The notes under the pieces: generated by a model
Databases searched by the model: none
Told to the model about the DNA's origin: nothing
What the model saw: the letters and a program-made list of their open reading frames with translations, nothing else
From: Octopus vulgaris
Taxonomy: Eukaryota
Reading direction: 5' to 3'
Assembly: GCA_951406725.2 (NCBI GenBank)
Contig: OX597814.1
Location: 176,328,001 to 176,392,000, forward strand
DNA length: 64,000 nucleotides
Position numbers and translations under genes: made by a program
Shown: positions 15,874 to 30,014 of the stretch, piece after piece
Layout: each line of letters opens with the position of its first letter
Numbering within the stretch: the first letter of the stretch is position 1

Positions 15874-16121
15874 GTGGAGGCGCGTGGCTTAGTGGTAAGA
15901 GCGTCAGCATCATGATCGTAAGATTGTGATTTCGATTCCTGAACTGGGCGACGCGTTTTGTTCTTGAGCAAAACACTTCATTTCACGTTGCTCCAGTCCA
16001 CTCAGCTGGCAAAAATGAGTAACGCTGCGGTGGACTGACATCCCGTCCAGCTGGGGAACACATATGCCATAGAAACCGGGAAATTGGGCCCATGAGACTG
16101 GCTAATAATAAAAGCGCGCAT
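15874..16121 (+). mobile_element. tRNA-derived SINE, group B (head type 2, tail type 1)
   Basis: GTGGAGGCGCGTGGCTTAGTGG head, CCAGTCCACTCAGCTGGCAAAAATGAGT body, tail like the 2099 copy. Confidence 0.85.
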
Positions 16122-18015
16122 TTATTATTATTTTTTTTATTATTATTATTATTATTGTGTGCAGCAAGGAAGTGTGAACACAAGAAGCTGTGCAGGTACG
16201 ATTGTATGGGTACGCTGCACCTTGAGCAAGTGTCTTCTATCACAGTCTCTATTTGAACGGTCGTTGGAATAATTTGAGAAACGGTATCGATGCGAAGGTC
16301 TGCGTTAGTTTCTTTCGGCGAAAAAGGAGCACTCCTCGAATGATGTCCTTAACGAGATCGAGGCCCTTTACACTGAGTTGTAAACGTTTTCTTGTAATAC
16401 TTACTGACAGATATGCAGTGAACTAGGAATTTTAACCAATTGGCAACTTGTAACCAATGAAGCAGTTCTTCAGAAACCGCCATACAAAATAAGCAATATA
16501 AAGTGAAATATATAAATTGAGATCAGAATAGATTCAAAGGAGAAGCCTCAACATGCAAGAAATAACTACCAAATCACTCTCAAGTTACACATTAATGCCT
16601 TCGTAAATAAAAGCGACATTGGACAATATAACCCTAAGTGAATAATATGAGTTAGCAACAGTTGACCTGGGGTTAAACAACAACAGCCACTCAGATGTAA
16701 CTGAGCTGGTTACCACTACTGACATATTTCCACAAAAAAAAATCCAAAACTTTAATTATGTTCGGAGCCCTTAGATATAGCTTTTATCACGATATAACTT
16801 TTTTTAAATTTTTTTTTGTAAAGTTTAAGGTTTGTTAAAGCGATTCATGTCATCGCTGTTTTTCCAAATGGCCTTGAGGTTTTAGAAAAGCTGAAGCGTC
16901 ATCTCATTATGTAGAAAATATGGTTTGCTCTGAACGTGATGAAACGAATCGCGAAGTAAATGGTTTTGAAACATTAACACGCCCTTTTCCCTGCGTTTTA
17001 ATTTTACACACACAAGCACACACACATATACATATATACAAACAAACTCACGTACACTCACACTCACACATACACACACGCGCGCGCGCGCGCGCGCAAT
17101 TACTCACTCGTTTGACACATCCGTTTGCGTAATCATAGACGGTTTTACGCAACTTTTGGTGATTACAATCGAACACTGATTAAATCTGGTAATCGGAAGC
17201 TCCTAATTACAAAGCTGTTCAGACGTTTGTGTAAAGCTGTCGTGCAGGTTCCAGCTCATTTCGATTCCTTGCAATTATATTCCTTGCAGCTGTGTCTCAA
17301 ACAATAATGCCTTTAAAAATCTATTTCTGACCACGCTGATAACATGACACGTATTCTACTTACACCTATCAAGCTTGTAATCAATGCCGTTACTTCTAAG
17401 TTAAACTGAGCAAACGGAAAATGTGCGGAAGCCCATCAGGTCGATTATGGTTGTTCATGGTTTGTGGACTTGATCCGTCACTTGGTTTAACACTATTACA
17501 TGTCTCTTATATGCCTTTAGCTGAGTCCTCTCTCTTTTTCAAGCATTCTGACCAGCTCTCCGGTTTGAGAATAACTCGATATATTGATGTGCTGGTCTCT
17601 ACTATAGAAACCACGAATTACAATCTCTTTTGTCTTTTTCATTTTCCTTTGCTACTTTCAAATGCATTGCATGGTTACATCCCTTTTCGCCTTTGATTAA
17701 GATATTTAAAAATTCTGAAATACTTTCAAATATCTAACCACTGCGAGATCATTAATACTACTTGTGTCTATCTGGCTTAAAATCAGTTTTGCTATTTTGA
17801 TGGTTAGCTTCTCAGAAACTGACTGTGATTCAATGTTTGTTTTTTTGTTTTTTTGTTTTTGTTTTTTTTTTTTGTTTTATTATTATTATTATTAGAAGGA
17901 ATAGAATAAAACTGAGCGAAACATATTTAATCTTATATGTAATACCATGATACAATTATAGAAAACTGTTTGGATAGATCTAAAAATTCGTTAGATCTCA
18001 ATATAATAAAAGGAT

Positions 18016-18120
<105 letters not shown>

Positions 18121-18945
18121 TACAAAGGGAAACCAAAAATTATAGGCACTTTCAGCAATACTTTCTTCAGGTTAGCCGCACTTCCTTCAGCGCTCGCGTG
18201 CTAAAAGGTGGTTATCTTCTGGTTACGTAACTGAAGTTTGATCTTGATCGTTCCAGTTTTTTTTTTTTTAGTTTTTTTGTATTACAGAATAAGTATGGCA
18301 GAGTGTGCGCTAAAGAAGAACAGAGATCAATGATCCGATTACTCTAGTTTGAAAGTGTGTCCGAGGCTGAAATTCACCGCAGGCTGGTACAATACGAGGA
18401 CAGCGCTCTATAGCGGAGAAGTATGTGTGAGTGGATCTTAATTTGCAAGAAGACTGGACAAGCTGAAGCACGAAGCACGAAGCACGAAGGAACACCCATC
18501 AACCTCCACCACTGACGTGAAGATTCAATAAGCTCGAGAGAGGCTTTCTGGCAAACCGACGAGTGACCGTCGATGAGGTGGCATGTTCTCTGCAAATTAG
18601 TCATGGTTCAGCATTCGAAATCATCCGCGAAAACCTTCGCTTCTGTAAAGTCTGTACGAGATGAGTGCCAAGAGAACGTACCGGAACGCGTAAGCACAAT
18701 CGTGTGGAGATCTCTCGTCGCTTACACGACATTTGCAACAAAGAAGGCGAAGTAAAATGAGACTTGAGTCCGTTACTTTGAGCCAGAATTCAAAAGGCAG
18801 AGTATGGAATAGAAACACCGGCAATCGACAGCTAAAGAAAAATTCAAGACTGAACCTTCCGCAGAAAAAGTGATGCTAACCGTTTTGGGGGATGCAAAAG
18901 GACTCATGCTGAAACAGTATCTGGAAGAGGGGCACACAAGCGAAT
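18121..18945 (+). mobile_element. Truncated degenerate mariner transposon (5' part)
   Basis: KEEQRSMIRF, EIHRRL, NRRVTVDEVACSLQISHGSAFEIIRENLRFCKVCTR*VPRE (WVPREL), ET*VRYFEPEFKRQSME*KH, KVMLTVLGDAKG; a putative TIR starts TA-CAAAGGG. Confidence 0.85.
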
Positions 18946-18954
18946 GAAGTATTA

Positions 18955-19140
18955 GTTGAATGAATCGACTCATGCACTTATTTATTTTAGCCGGGTACTT
19001 ATTAAATCGGTCTCTATTGCCGAAGCTCTGAGTTATGCGGACGTAAACACAGAAACACTCGTTGTCAAGCGGTGGTGTGGAACAAGCACAGAAACAAAGA
19101 GACACGCATACATAGGTACATATATAGATACTTGCATATA

Positions 19141-19228
<88 letters not shown>

Positions 19229-19418
19229 CATACATGTATATGTATATGTGTGTGTATACCATGAACTTTCAGTCTCCGCCTACCAAATCCACTCACAAGG
19301 CTTTGGTCGGCTCGAAACTATAGTAAAAGACACTTACTCAAGGTGCCATGCAGTGGGGCTGAACCCGGAACCATGTCATTGGGAGCAAACTTCTTACCAC
19401 GCATCCATGTCTGAGCCT
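18955..19418 (-). mobile_element. Group C SINE with internal (TA)n
   Basis: Reverse complement of GCACCTTG-GCAAGTGTCTT...AAAGCCTTGTGAGTGGATTTGGTAG...GCTTGACAAC. Confidence 0.8.
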
Positions 19419-19464
19419 ATACATATATATATATATATATACATATTTACATACACACACACAT

Positions 19465-19535
<71 letters not shown>

Positions 19536-19538
<3 letters not shown>

Positions 19539-19672
19539 CGTTAGAAATAAAAGTTCTGCGTTCAGTGTTGGTCTAAGAATATATCTATATCTGTTTTTCG
19601 CGTGTGCGTGTAGATAGATACAGATTATTCCTTAGGCCAACATTGAACTCAGAATTTTTATTTCTAACGTAA
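19536..19672. mobile_element. Mariner-type MITE (~137 bp) with ~45-bp TIRs
   Basis: TTGCGTTAGAAATAAAAGTTCTGCGTTCAGTGTTGGTCTAAG is the near reverse complement of CTTAGGCCAACATTGAACTCAGAATTTTTATTTCTAACGTAA; abuts (TA)n. Confidence 0.7.
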
Positions 19673-20512
19673 GATTTCAACCACATTGCTACAGAACAAA
19701 GTGATAACTTATTTTACTTCTTTCTTAACTTCCGTTCCATTCTGTACTGCTTATAAGACGGTCCTTGTACAGTTCCTGTCACCAATGTCTTTTCTTTTAG
19801 GCTATAATTTTTTTTCTTTAGGAAGACGTTGCGAATCCTTCATTTGTTTCTTCTCCATTTCTGCGAACGGTTCCTACGACCTTTCTGCGCAATGTAGTCG
19901 ATTCCGAGAGGCAGACAGACAGAGAGAAAGACACGTCTCAGTGCTTGACTGGTAATTCATTTGTCGACACCGTAAAGGTGGACAGTAAAGTTGCCTGCGG
20001 CGAGATTTGATATCAGGGCGCAGAAAGCCAAAACAAATACCACAATGCAATCTGTCTGGCGTCCTAACGATTTTTGTCAGTTCGCCATTTTTTATTTTAT
20101 TTTCCGGGGTAAAATATACATGAAACATTTTTGCGTGCTGGACACTATCTATTAACCCGATTGACATCAATAAAGGGGAAGAACATAGCAGGGGTTGTTA
20201 CATTCATAGCTTCTCCGAGGGATTTGTTCCATTCAATTGGTCTATTTTATATTCATTTGATAAAATAAATTCTCATGAAATCAAAGGAAAATTTCAAAAT
20301 CTCTTTAAGCCCTTGTCAACTGATTGGTTTTTCATATTACAACGACCACCAGACACCACTTCCTCCCATATAATCTAGAAATATTCAAAAATGGAGACAA
20401 AACAAATAAAACATTGATTTTAACCTTCAACAATGACAGCGGGCTTACCTTTCTCTCAGCCTTTAATCGATCTATCTCTGTAAGTCTCTCTCTGACTGTT
20501 GATCTCCCTCTC

Positions 20513-20567
<55 letters not shown>

Positions 20568-20645
20568 TTCTCTTTTTGTATAAATCTTTACCGTTATTTG
20601 TATATCTGCATATCTATCAATTTATCTAATTCTCTCTCTCCCTAC

Positions 20646-20696
<51 letters not shown>

Positions 20697-20941
20697 ACTC
20701 ACTCACTCTCCCACCGTGTGTGTGTCTGCCTAGTCGCTTTCTTATCATTTACATATTTACTAAGTGAAAGTAGCCGCTCTCAGTGTGCGAATATGCATGT
20801 ATGTCTATTAATCTGTTTGTCTGAGAAAGTGCATGGCCTAGTTGTTAGGATGTGGTACTTACGACCGCAAGTTCTTCATGGTTTCGATTCCCGGACCGAG
20901 CGGTGCGTTATCTTGAACGTTGCTGCAATTCATTCAGCTGT

Positions 20942-21040
<99 letters not shown>

Positions 21041-21114
21041 TATATATATATATATATATATATGCATGTATGTATGTATATGTATGTACGTACGTACGTA
21101 CGTATGTATGTATG

Positions 21115-21146
<32 letters not shown>

Positions 21147-22254
21147 TGTATGTATGTATGTATGTATGTATGTATGTATGTTTGTATGTATGTATATACT
21201 AAAACAAATAAATCTTCCTGTTTCGAGAAAATAATATTCATCAGCTAACATTATCAAAGCCTGATGCAAAACGTACAAAAATAAAATTTTATTATACGTA
21301 AATTTACATTCATTTCCCTCTCATTACGATCAACAATCACAAATATTTTTATACCCATTACTTTAACATGCAAACCTTTTACTTATTAACAAATAAACCA
21401 TTTCATTACCTTAAATGTCTTAACTACAATGAAAAATAATTTATATAAAATTATCCTTTCAGTGTAAGTGGGACATATTATACTTATGCTAATTTTTGCT
21501 ATATACTAACAAGCGCGTGCCGTCAGTAATTACTCAGGATAGGCAGCTGGGACATTTACGTAGTAAAACACACAAAAAATAAATGAAACAGCCGCGTGAC
21601 TGAGTTGAAGGCAGATTTACTTCTGCCTTTATATCACGTACAGAAAACGTTGTTGTAGAAATGTACGCAGCATGTGTGCAACAGCAGTATTATGCGTAGC
21701 TTAAATATAAAGACCGAAAGGCAGGGGCGAATTTTGCCTTCCTAACCTACCAAAAAATTAAATATTTTGCATTTTATGCATAGTAATCAGAGTAACTTTC
21801 ATAATTTTATTGAATTAGGTGCATATTTTGCCATAAAAGGAAAATGTTGCTATCGATCTATTTTATTCAAGGTAGCTACTGCCTACCTTATCTACCTTAC
21901 CTACCTAGGCGGCACGTTCCTGTATACTAACCTTTTCCAGAAACAATTTCCATTACCTCTACTATGTTACGACTTATTTCGATAACAAGAGTTACGGGCG
22001 ATATGTATACCGTTGAGGGAGGAATGTTGCCATTTGGGTCACTCATACACCATGGAAACTGATCAATCAAACCTATGTGTCCTAGGACACAAGAAAATAA
22101 TGTCCAGGGGACTTACTGTACTTTTTTTAATTTTTCTATCTACTTGCTAACTAGGTAATAATTTACATATTTACTTGACAGAATACATGTATATCTACAA
22201 TCAATCTATCAATCTATGAACAACCAAGTACGAGCATCAGATGTAGATTTTCCA

Positions 22255-22362
22255 GGTGGCTGTGTGGTAAGAAGCATGCTTCCCAACCACGCGGTTCCAG
22301 GTTCAGTCCCACTGCGTAGCACCTTGGGCAAGAGTCTTCTATTATAGCCTCGGGCCGACCAA
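22255..22362 (+). mobile_element. Group C SINE 5' fragment
   Basis: GTGGCTGTGTGGTAAG...GGTTCAGTCCCACTGCG...CCTTGGGCAAG. Confidence 0.8.
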
Positions 22363-22366
22363 ATAG

Positions 22367-22628
22367 TATGAGTGATACTGATTAGCGAGTGGAAAAAGCT
22401 GGTAACTGCATAGACAAGAGTATGAATACATACAAGTATATAGAAACAAATGAGCAACTGAGAAAATGAGCAAGTGAGCAAAAATATAAGTGGGTGTGCA
22501 GATACTTGTTCCTTACGGCCGTATTATTTTTGCTCGCTTGCTAATTTGTTTCTATATACTTGTATGTATCCACACCCTTGTCTATGCAGTTACCAGCTTT
22601 TTCCACTCGATAATCTGTATAACTCATA
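22367..22628. repeat. Fold-back inverted repeat with ~105-bp arms
   Basis: Arms 22367-~22490 and ~22525-22628 are near reverse complements; the same peptide appears on both strands in the ORF track. Confidence 0.9.
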
Positions 22629-22725
22629 CATCTGTGTGTATTCATCCTTTACAATTGAATAGACATACCTGAATGTTTACTGGCTGATGTCTGTCGATTT
22701 TATATCCTATCCGTTTTCTTATTTG

Positions 22726-22846
<121 letters not shown>

Positions 22847-22847
22847 G

Positions 22848-23015
22848 CGGGCTTCTTTCAGTTTCCGTCTACCAAATCTACTCACAAGGCTTTAAATTGC
22901 CTGAGATTATAGTAGAAGATATTTTCCCAAGGTGCCACGCGGTGGGAATGAACCTGGAACCATGTGGTTGGGAACCCGGAACCATATGTGTTGCAAGCGT
23001 CTTACCACTCTACCA
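22848..23015 (-). mobile_element. Group C SINE 5' half
   Basis: GGGCTTCTTTCAGTTTCCGTCTACCAAATC...CCCAAGGTGCCACGC. Confidence 0.8.
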
Positions 23016-26000
23016 CACATATAATGTGTGTGTGTGTTTTTATACACACACATATTTTATTTACGCAAACTAATTATCTAAATCAAAAATGTGTTCTACA
23101 TTTTTCCTTTGTATATGTCTATGTACGCTGTTCTTCAGGAGACACGAAATCGAGTAAATGGGGTGCTAATGATGCATATGAATCAGAAACATGCATCCAC
23201 AGTTGTCCTCTTGTCTCCAGACAATCAGACTGCCTTTCCTTCAACAGTTTGGAGAATTCTTGATTCGTAAGGTTATCTTCTCACTTCATTTGGAGTTGGT
23301 CCAAAACGCTACCAACTGATTGGTCTACGTTCTTCGGAAACGAGAATAAATTTTAATAAATCAAAATTTTATCTTGTGTGATATTTAATAACTCCATTCA
23401 GTTTTTTGGTTCGAATACATATCACTCGCAACTCAGATTTATTTCTTTAAGTTTCACTTTGCGCACGTGCATGAATGTATTTGCATGTATGAGTGCGTGT
23501 GTATGCATGTGTATGTGCGGGTGTGTTTATAAAATGTGGAAATCTGAAAAACGAACCGGAAAGGAGTTACAACTTTTTATGTTACCTAGTATGACAATCG
23601 GGTCAGAAAGTATACATCATTTTCAAGCAATTTATTCTGATCGGAAATATCTATCAACGTAATTATTCATAATTTGTTTACTATTGTCCGAGGAGAGAGT
23701 ATTTTGCGTTTCAAATTGTGTTGCCATAGAATATAATTGATATTGACAACCGTTCAATGTGAAAAGACCAAAGATGAATATAAATGTGTCAAGAAGGATC
23801 AACACGAAGGAAAATAAAGCAAAGACTCTGAATTGTGAAATTAATCGATTTGAATTATCAAAAGTTGGTAGTTACGCTCGGAGTACTAACCTCCTCCTTA
23901 CAGAAAAAATTGTTTCGGTTGGTTTGATCCCTGATTGTGATTGGGCGTCTTTTATAAATTGTACAACATTGCATTCTAACTGGGAAGCTTTATTTATTAT
24001 CATCCGCTAAGCCAATGACGCGTGTACAATAAATGTTGCAGTTTGGGGTTATTTATATTGATCTTTCTGTAAATACAGAGATATTTTTTTTAAGTTTCCA
24101 CTGTGCTTCTCGATGTGTTACGGACATTTCATAGAATAGTAGTTAGATGATGCTCACCAAAGTTAATCTTAACACAAATAACTGGCAATAAAATCTACAT
24201 TTATAACGTCTCATGCACTTTTAAAATGTAAGAGTATTACTCTTACTCTTCTTGAGAATGGAACATAATTCTGTGAGTTTTCAATGATTATTATAGAGAC
24301 TTGTAGAAAAATTGTAGAGTTCGGTGAAGTAAGAGGCTATCTCTATTGTGCATAGATTGAGAAAAATGGATTCAACAGTGCCAGAACCGGTCTTAGATTG
24401 AAACGATAAGAGGCTTTTTCGCCCTTGGTATGTATGTGAACGTAAAAAAAGTCAGGGCGAAAATAGAGGAAAATTTTTAAACGTTTCTTTTGGCTTAGAA
24501 GCATTTATGTCATAAATGGTTGAACACATTGATACAAGGAAAGAAACTGAGAGAGAATCAGATGTTTATAACTGATAGAGAACTACAGTGAAAATTTAGT
24601 AAAAGAAGCGCTACATATAGCATCCCTGAGATTTAATCAACTATTGGTATGCACCCGAAACTTGCAAGCTATGGTGAGAAGTTCAAAAGCTGGCGAAGCA
24701 TCAAACCGCCTAACTTAATAAGCAAGTAATACCAAAATGACTACAGTCAACCTACAAATAAAAGGAAGTTTCAAGTTGATCAAAGAGCAACTGTCTAGCC
24801 GTGGACTTCTGAGAAAACACATAAACCAACACCACTGGTCGAAGCACAAGTGATTAAAAATTAATTGAGGAAACAGAAAATTCGATTAAACTAATAGAAA
24901 CGTAGTGTGCATGTAAATTTTTAAAATTGTTTAATCTGTAAAAAGGAAGTTAATAGTGCAAAGAATGATAGTATTTTCCAATTTATTTGACATTATATAA
25001 CTTTCATTGAGTCAATATTTGTTTCTTTGAAACTAGACTTTCTAGTGCATATCGAGAAATTAGCAACTGAATAATTCAAAAACTATATCAGCAAATATAA
25101 AGGGATTCAAAATAATAGTCTAGAGTCGAACTGTTTTGTGCTGTATACATAGTCAAGGCAAGCTATATCATGACTAGAAGAAAAGACATTTTGGAACTTT
25201 CTCACAGAGAGTACCAAATAATTATACAGGTTATGTGGCTGGTGTATCGGTCTATTTGATGGTAAATTAAATCAGACTGGTTGGGTTAGTAATTCGCTTG
25301 GTCCAACCGTCTTGTTCTATTTGACTTACGTAATTTATCGTGTGCCTATAGATAATGTAAAATATTTCCATCAAGATCCAGGGCGAATAACTTTTCTGTG
25401 ATTAGTTATGAAGTGTAAGACATCATATACTGCATTTAGTTAGTAGGATTGGCAGTGTCTAGTATATATATATATTGATAAAAACGGTAAGACAACAAAA
25501 GAAAGAAAGAGACCTCGATATTATGTAAATAGAGGAATTTATATATATATATAAACGCACCTTTGCTTGCGTTTTCTAAAAGATATTTCCAAATAAGTCG
25601 GTAAATGAGAGGAAATATGGCAAGGTGACTAGATCATTACATCTCTCAGTTTCACTGCTTGTGAATCTAAAATATCGATACCTACATCGATGTGTTAAAT
25701 CATATAACTACAACGATATGAAATTTCTATAAGAGAAATCACAGCAGTAAGAATCAGTACTTTTAACGCTTGATTTATATCCTAATACACAAGCCATGTT
25801 GAGCTAATACCAGCTCAACGTGGTTGTTACTACTGAAAGACAAATATAAATAACCCAAAACTGCAACGTTAATTGCACTTGCTGCAGCGACTTAAGCAGC
25901 TATACCTTATGAATACTCATCTCTATGAAACAAGGCCACATAATTTAACGGGAAGAAGTACAGTCTATTAAATTGACTGGCCCCAGTTATATTTAGTGTT

Positions 26001-27334
26001 CGTTTTATTGACAGACTCACCTATACCCAAACCTGCTCAGAAGCGTGATAAGCAAAGACGGTTTTGGTAGCATTGAAACTTCAAAAGAAACAAGTACATA
26101 AATATCCAGCAAAATATCAAATCTGACAGTTCATCCTTTCGGCAACTCCACCACCCGGAGAATAAACCAATGAAAATACTCGGTGACTATGTTATTAAGT
26201 GCTGAAGAACTTCTCTCTCTACAGTGAGGAACGATAACAACTATTGAAATCTGCCCTTGTTTTGCATATAATAAATATATCAACACAGCAATTTTATAGT
26301 AATTTGCTTTAGTCGTTGTTTTTTTTTTTGTTTTTGTTTTTTTAATGATATTGACTTTTTCTTTTTATTTATTTTATTTTACTTTATTTTTTGTTTCTTT
26401 GATTCTTTATGTGATATTGTTTTTGTTTTTTTTTATTCTTCTCTTTCACCGGCCCGACAGTTGTTATCTTTTACCGGACTATCAACCATAAAACGCGAAT
26501 CTCTAGTAAAATAGAATTTCCATTTTTATTGTACTTCTTATCTGACAATCGATATTTAAGTTTAATAAAAGAAAATAAATAAAACGGTTAAATCATCATT
26601 TCTCAACAGACTCCAAGCTTTCAGAGCACAGTTCGGGTTACTTAACTTGGTTTATTTCTATTATTTTTAGTTGCTTCTTTTTTATGATATATTATTGTAT
26701 ATAAACTCTTTCTTTCTTTCTTTTTTTTATTATCTAAACAAAGGCCTAAATTCCTATTTACAAATAACATTCTCAAGACGTTTTCATCAATGCATCATCA
26801 TTTTCCCACTAAAATACTTTCAAAGCAGCGTTATTTATTTTTTTCATCGATGTACCATATTTTCTTTTTTTCTTGTATTGTTATGCCTTCTCTTTTCATT
26901 TGATTTTAAATTTATTTATTTATCTATTAATCTATTTATTTCGTGGCTTTGTTATATCTGTAATTTTACTTTACTTCAATAATAATCGAACTTTAAGAAG
27001 CACAAAGTGCCAGGTATCATGTGCATGAATTCTTTTAGCATTTTGCTAGATAAAATCGAAAATCTCATCGTATTGATGTTTGGTTGGACATAAGCTACAA
27101 GAGTATTGATTTTATTTTTACTATATTACCCTTTAGAGAAATTAACTATAAAGGAAAGGAATTTGTGAAGTTGGCGCCATTTTTCTTTTGTCTCGATTCG
27201 AGTTTATATTATTTTTTTTATTCAAAAATTATTTGTTTTACGTTTTATTCCTTCCATGTACAAATGATCTGTTAGACTTCAAAAAGTAGGAATTTAAAAG
27301 GAAAATATAAACATACAGAGATAGTAACGCACAT

Positions 27335-28140
<806 letters not shown>

Positions 28141-28384
28141 TATATATGTTGGTATACATTGACATTTTACATACTTGTATTTGCTTATGCTATTCAAATA
28201 CCTGCCACTGACCATTCCATGTTATTTGTCTTCGATCCTTTTTCTTTAATTTATGCACATCACCAAGGTCAAGAATGCCTAGATTTGCATAAGTTTAAGT
28301 CTTTGTTTTTTGTATAAGTTACGCAATATTTGCAGTTTGTTGATTGTATAATATATATATATATAGAGAGAGAGAGAGAGGGGG

Positions 28385-28545
28385 AGGCGCAGTAATGGTT
28401 GTGTGGTAAGTAGCTTGCTTACTAACCACATGGTTCTGGGTTCAGTCTCACTGAGTGGCACCTTGGGCAAGTGACTTCTACTATAGCCTCGGGCCAATCA
28501 AAGCCTTGTGAGTGGATTTGGGAGGCAGAAACTGAGAGAAGCCTG
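28385..28545 (+). mobile_element. Group C SINE 5' half ending in (TG)n
   Basis: AGGCGCAGTAATGGTTGTGTGGTAAGTAGCTTGC...GAAACTGAGAGAAGCC. Confidence 0.85.
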
Positions 28546-28606
<61 letters not shown>

Positions 28607-29516
28607 CTTGAAGGAAAGAAGCAAAGTACGTATGCATGTATGTATGTGTGTGTGTGTCTATATATATATATATAATATAGGATAAAAATTTTATCAATGG
28701 CCAGCATATTAAAAAAATACCTTTAAAGGTTAAATTTTATAAACAACTTATAAACAAGGGCAAAAGAAAAAACTCCAATGCCAAATATGCCGAAATATAG
28801 ACTTAATCGTCAATAACCATATAATTATATGGTTTATAAGTTGTATATATATATATATATATATAGTAATTTCATGCACTGGGGATATAGTGGTATTTAC
28901 AATGATGTGCCACCCTTAATGCCTAACTTTTTCCCCTTATATTTGTTCAGCTACCTTGTCCGATCAAAGAGTGCCGTTGTTGAATTTGCCTTTTATTTCT
29001 ATGACACTCGTTAAAATACGTAGCTAAGATCTTATTAATCACAGTAAGAAAATCAATATTTGGATTTTTGTTGTTCTTTTTTCTTATATGATTGTATGAG
29101 TAAGATCAACATGCGATAGCGAGAGCTTTAGCAAAAATGATTTTAAAAACAGAATTACGGATGAAACAGGTGAGATTCAGATAACATTCGAAACAAGAAC
29201 TAGGTAAACCAACAAACCCGTGGCATAGAATTATAAACTGGTTAAGATAAATAGTTGACTTAGTATTCACTCGGTTTAACATCAAATGGCATTTCGTACT
29301 TTTATAGGAGCATTTGAACCAGGAATTTGGTATATAGATATACAAAAAAGAAAAAACCTACAAACTTGGCTGCCTTGAATATGAATGCCACTACAGCAAT
29401 ACATGAATCGTGATGTCTTCCTCCCTTTTCATTGAAAACGTTATTGCTGCTGCTGCTGCTACTACTACTACTACTACTACAACTACTACTACTACTACAA
29501 CTACTACTACTACTAC

Positions 29517-29557
<41 letters not shown>

Positions 29558-29852
29558 CAGCCGTCGCCGCTGCCACCATCATCAATATTTTTCTGTTTGA
29601 GTTGCTCTGACTTCCAACATCGACGGTCCGTGAAGTTGCATGTTATCCATTAATTTCTACGAACAAATTTCGCTATTTTATTTGTGAATATTGTTTAACC
29701 ATGTTCTCGAGAAAAGAGAGTTTAAAACACACCATATCTCCTTCCATTAAGGAAGACACAACTATCTTCCCCGTTCTTTGTTGTCTACGGACAAATGCAT
29801 TAAAACTGTCAGTTAGTTTGATGTTTAATGATGGATGCATGGTGGAAGTCAA

Positions 29853-29981
29853 CCATGATAGCTGGCGTAGAGGTAACAACTCTCCGAAAAATTTTGACTG
29901 AAGCCATTTTGGGGGGCTTTGACCAGAAAAACTTGCCAGGCAAGTGCAGCTCTAGTGGTACTTCTACACCAGCTATCATGG
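29853..29981. mobile_element. Small MITE-like inverted repeat
   Basis: CCATGATAGCTGGCGTAGAGGTAACA versus TGGTACTTCTACACCAGCTATCATGG, ~26-bp arms with 3 mismatches. Confidence 0.6.
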
Positions 29982-30014
29982 CTTGTACATAAGCGTGTAT
30001 ACTCTGACGATAAC

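Noticed and set aside
21215-21247. Hammerhead CUGAUGA...GAAAC on the minus strand
   Set aside because: No stem II pairing and no UH cleavage site; similar partial hits near 12165, 12530 and 44790 also fail
24370-24800. Possible hAT transposase remnant
   Set aside because: Only a vague resemblance, with no continuous recognisable motif
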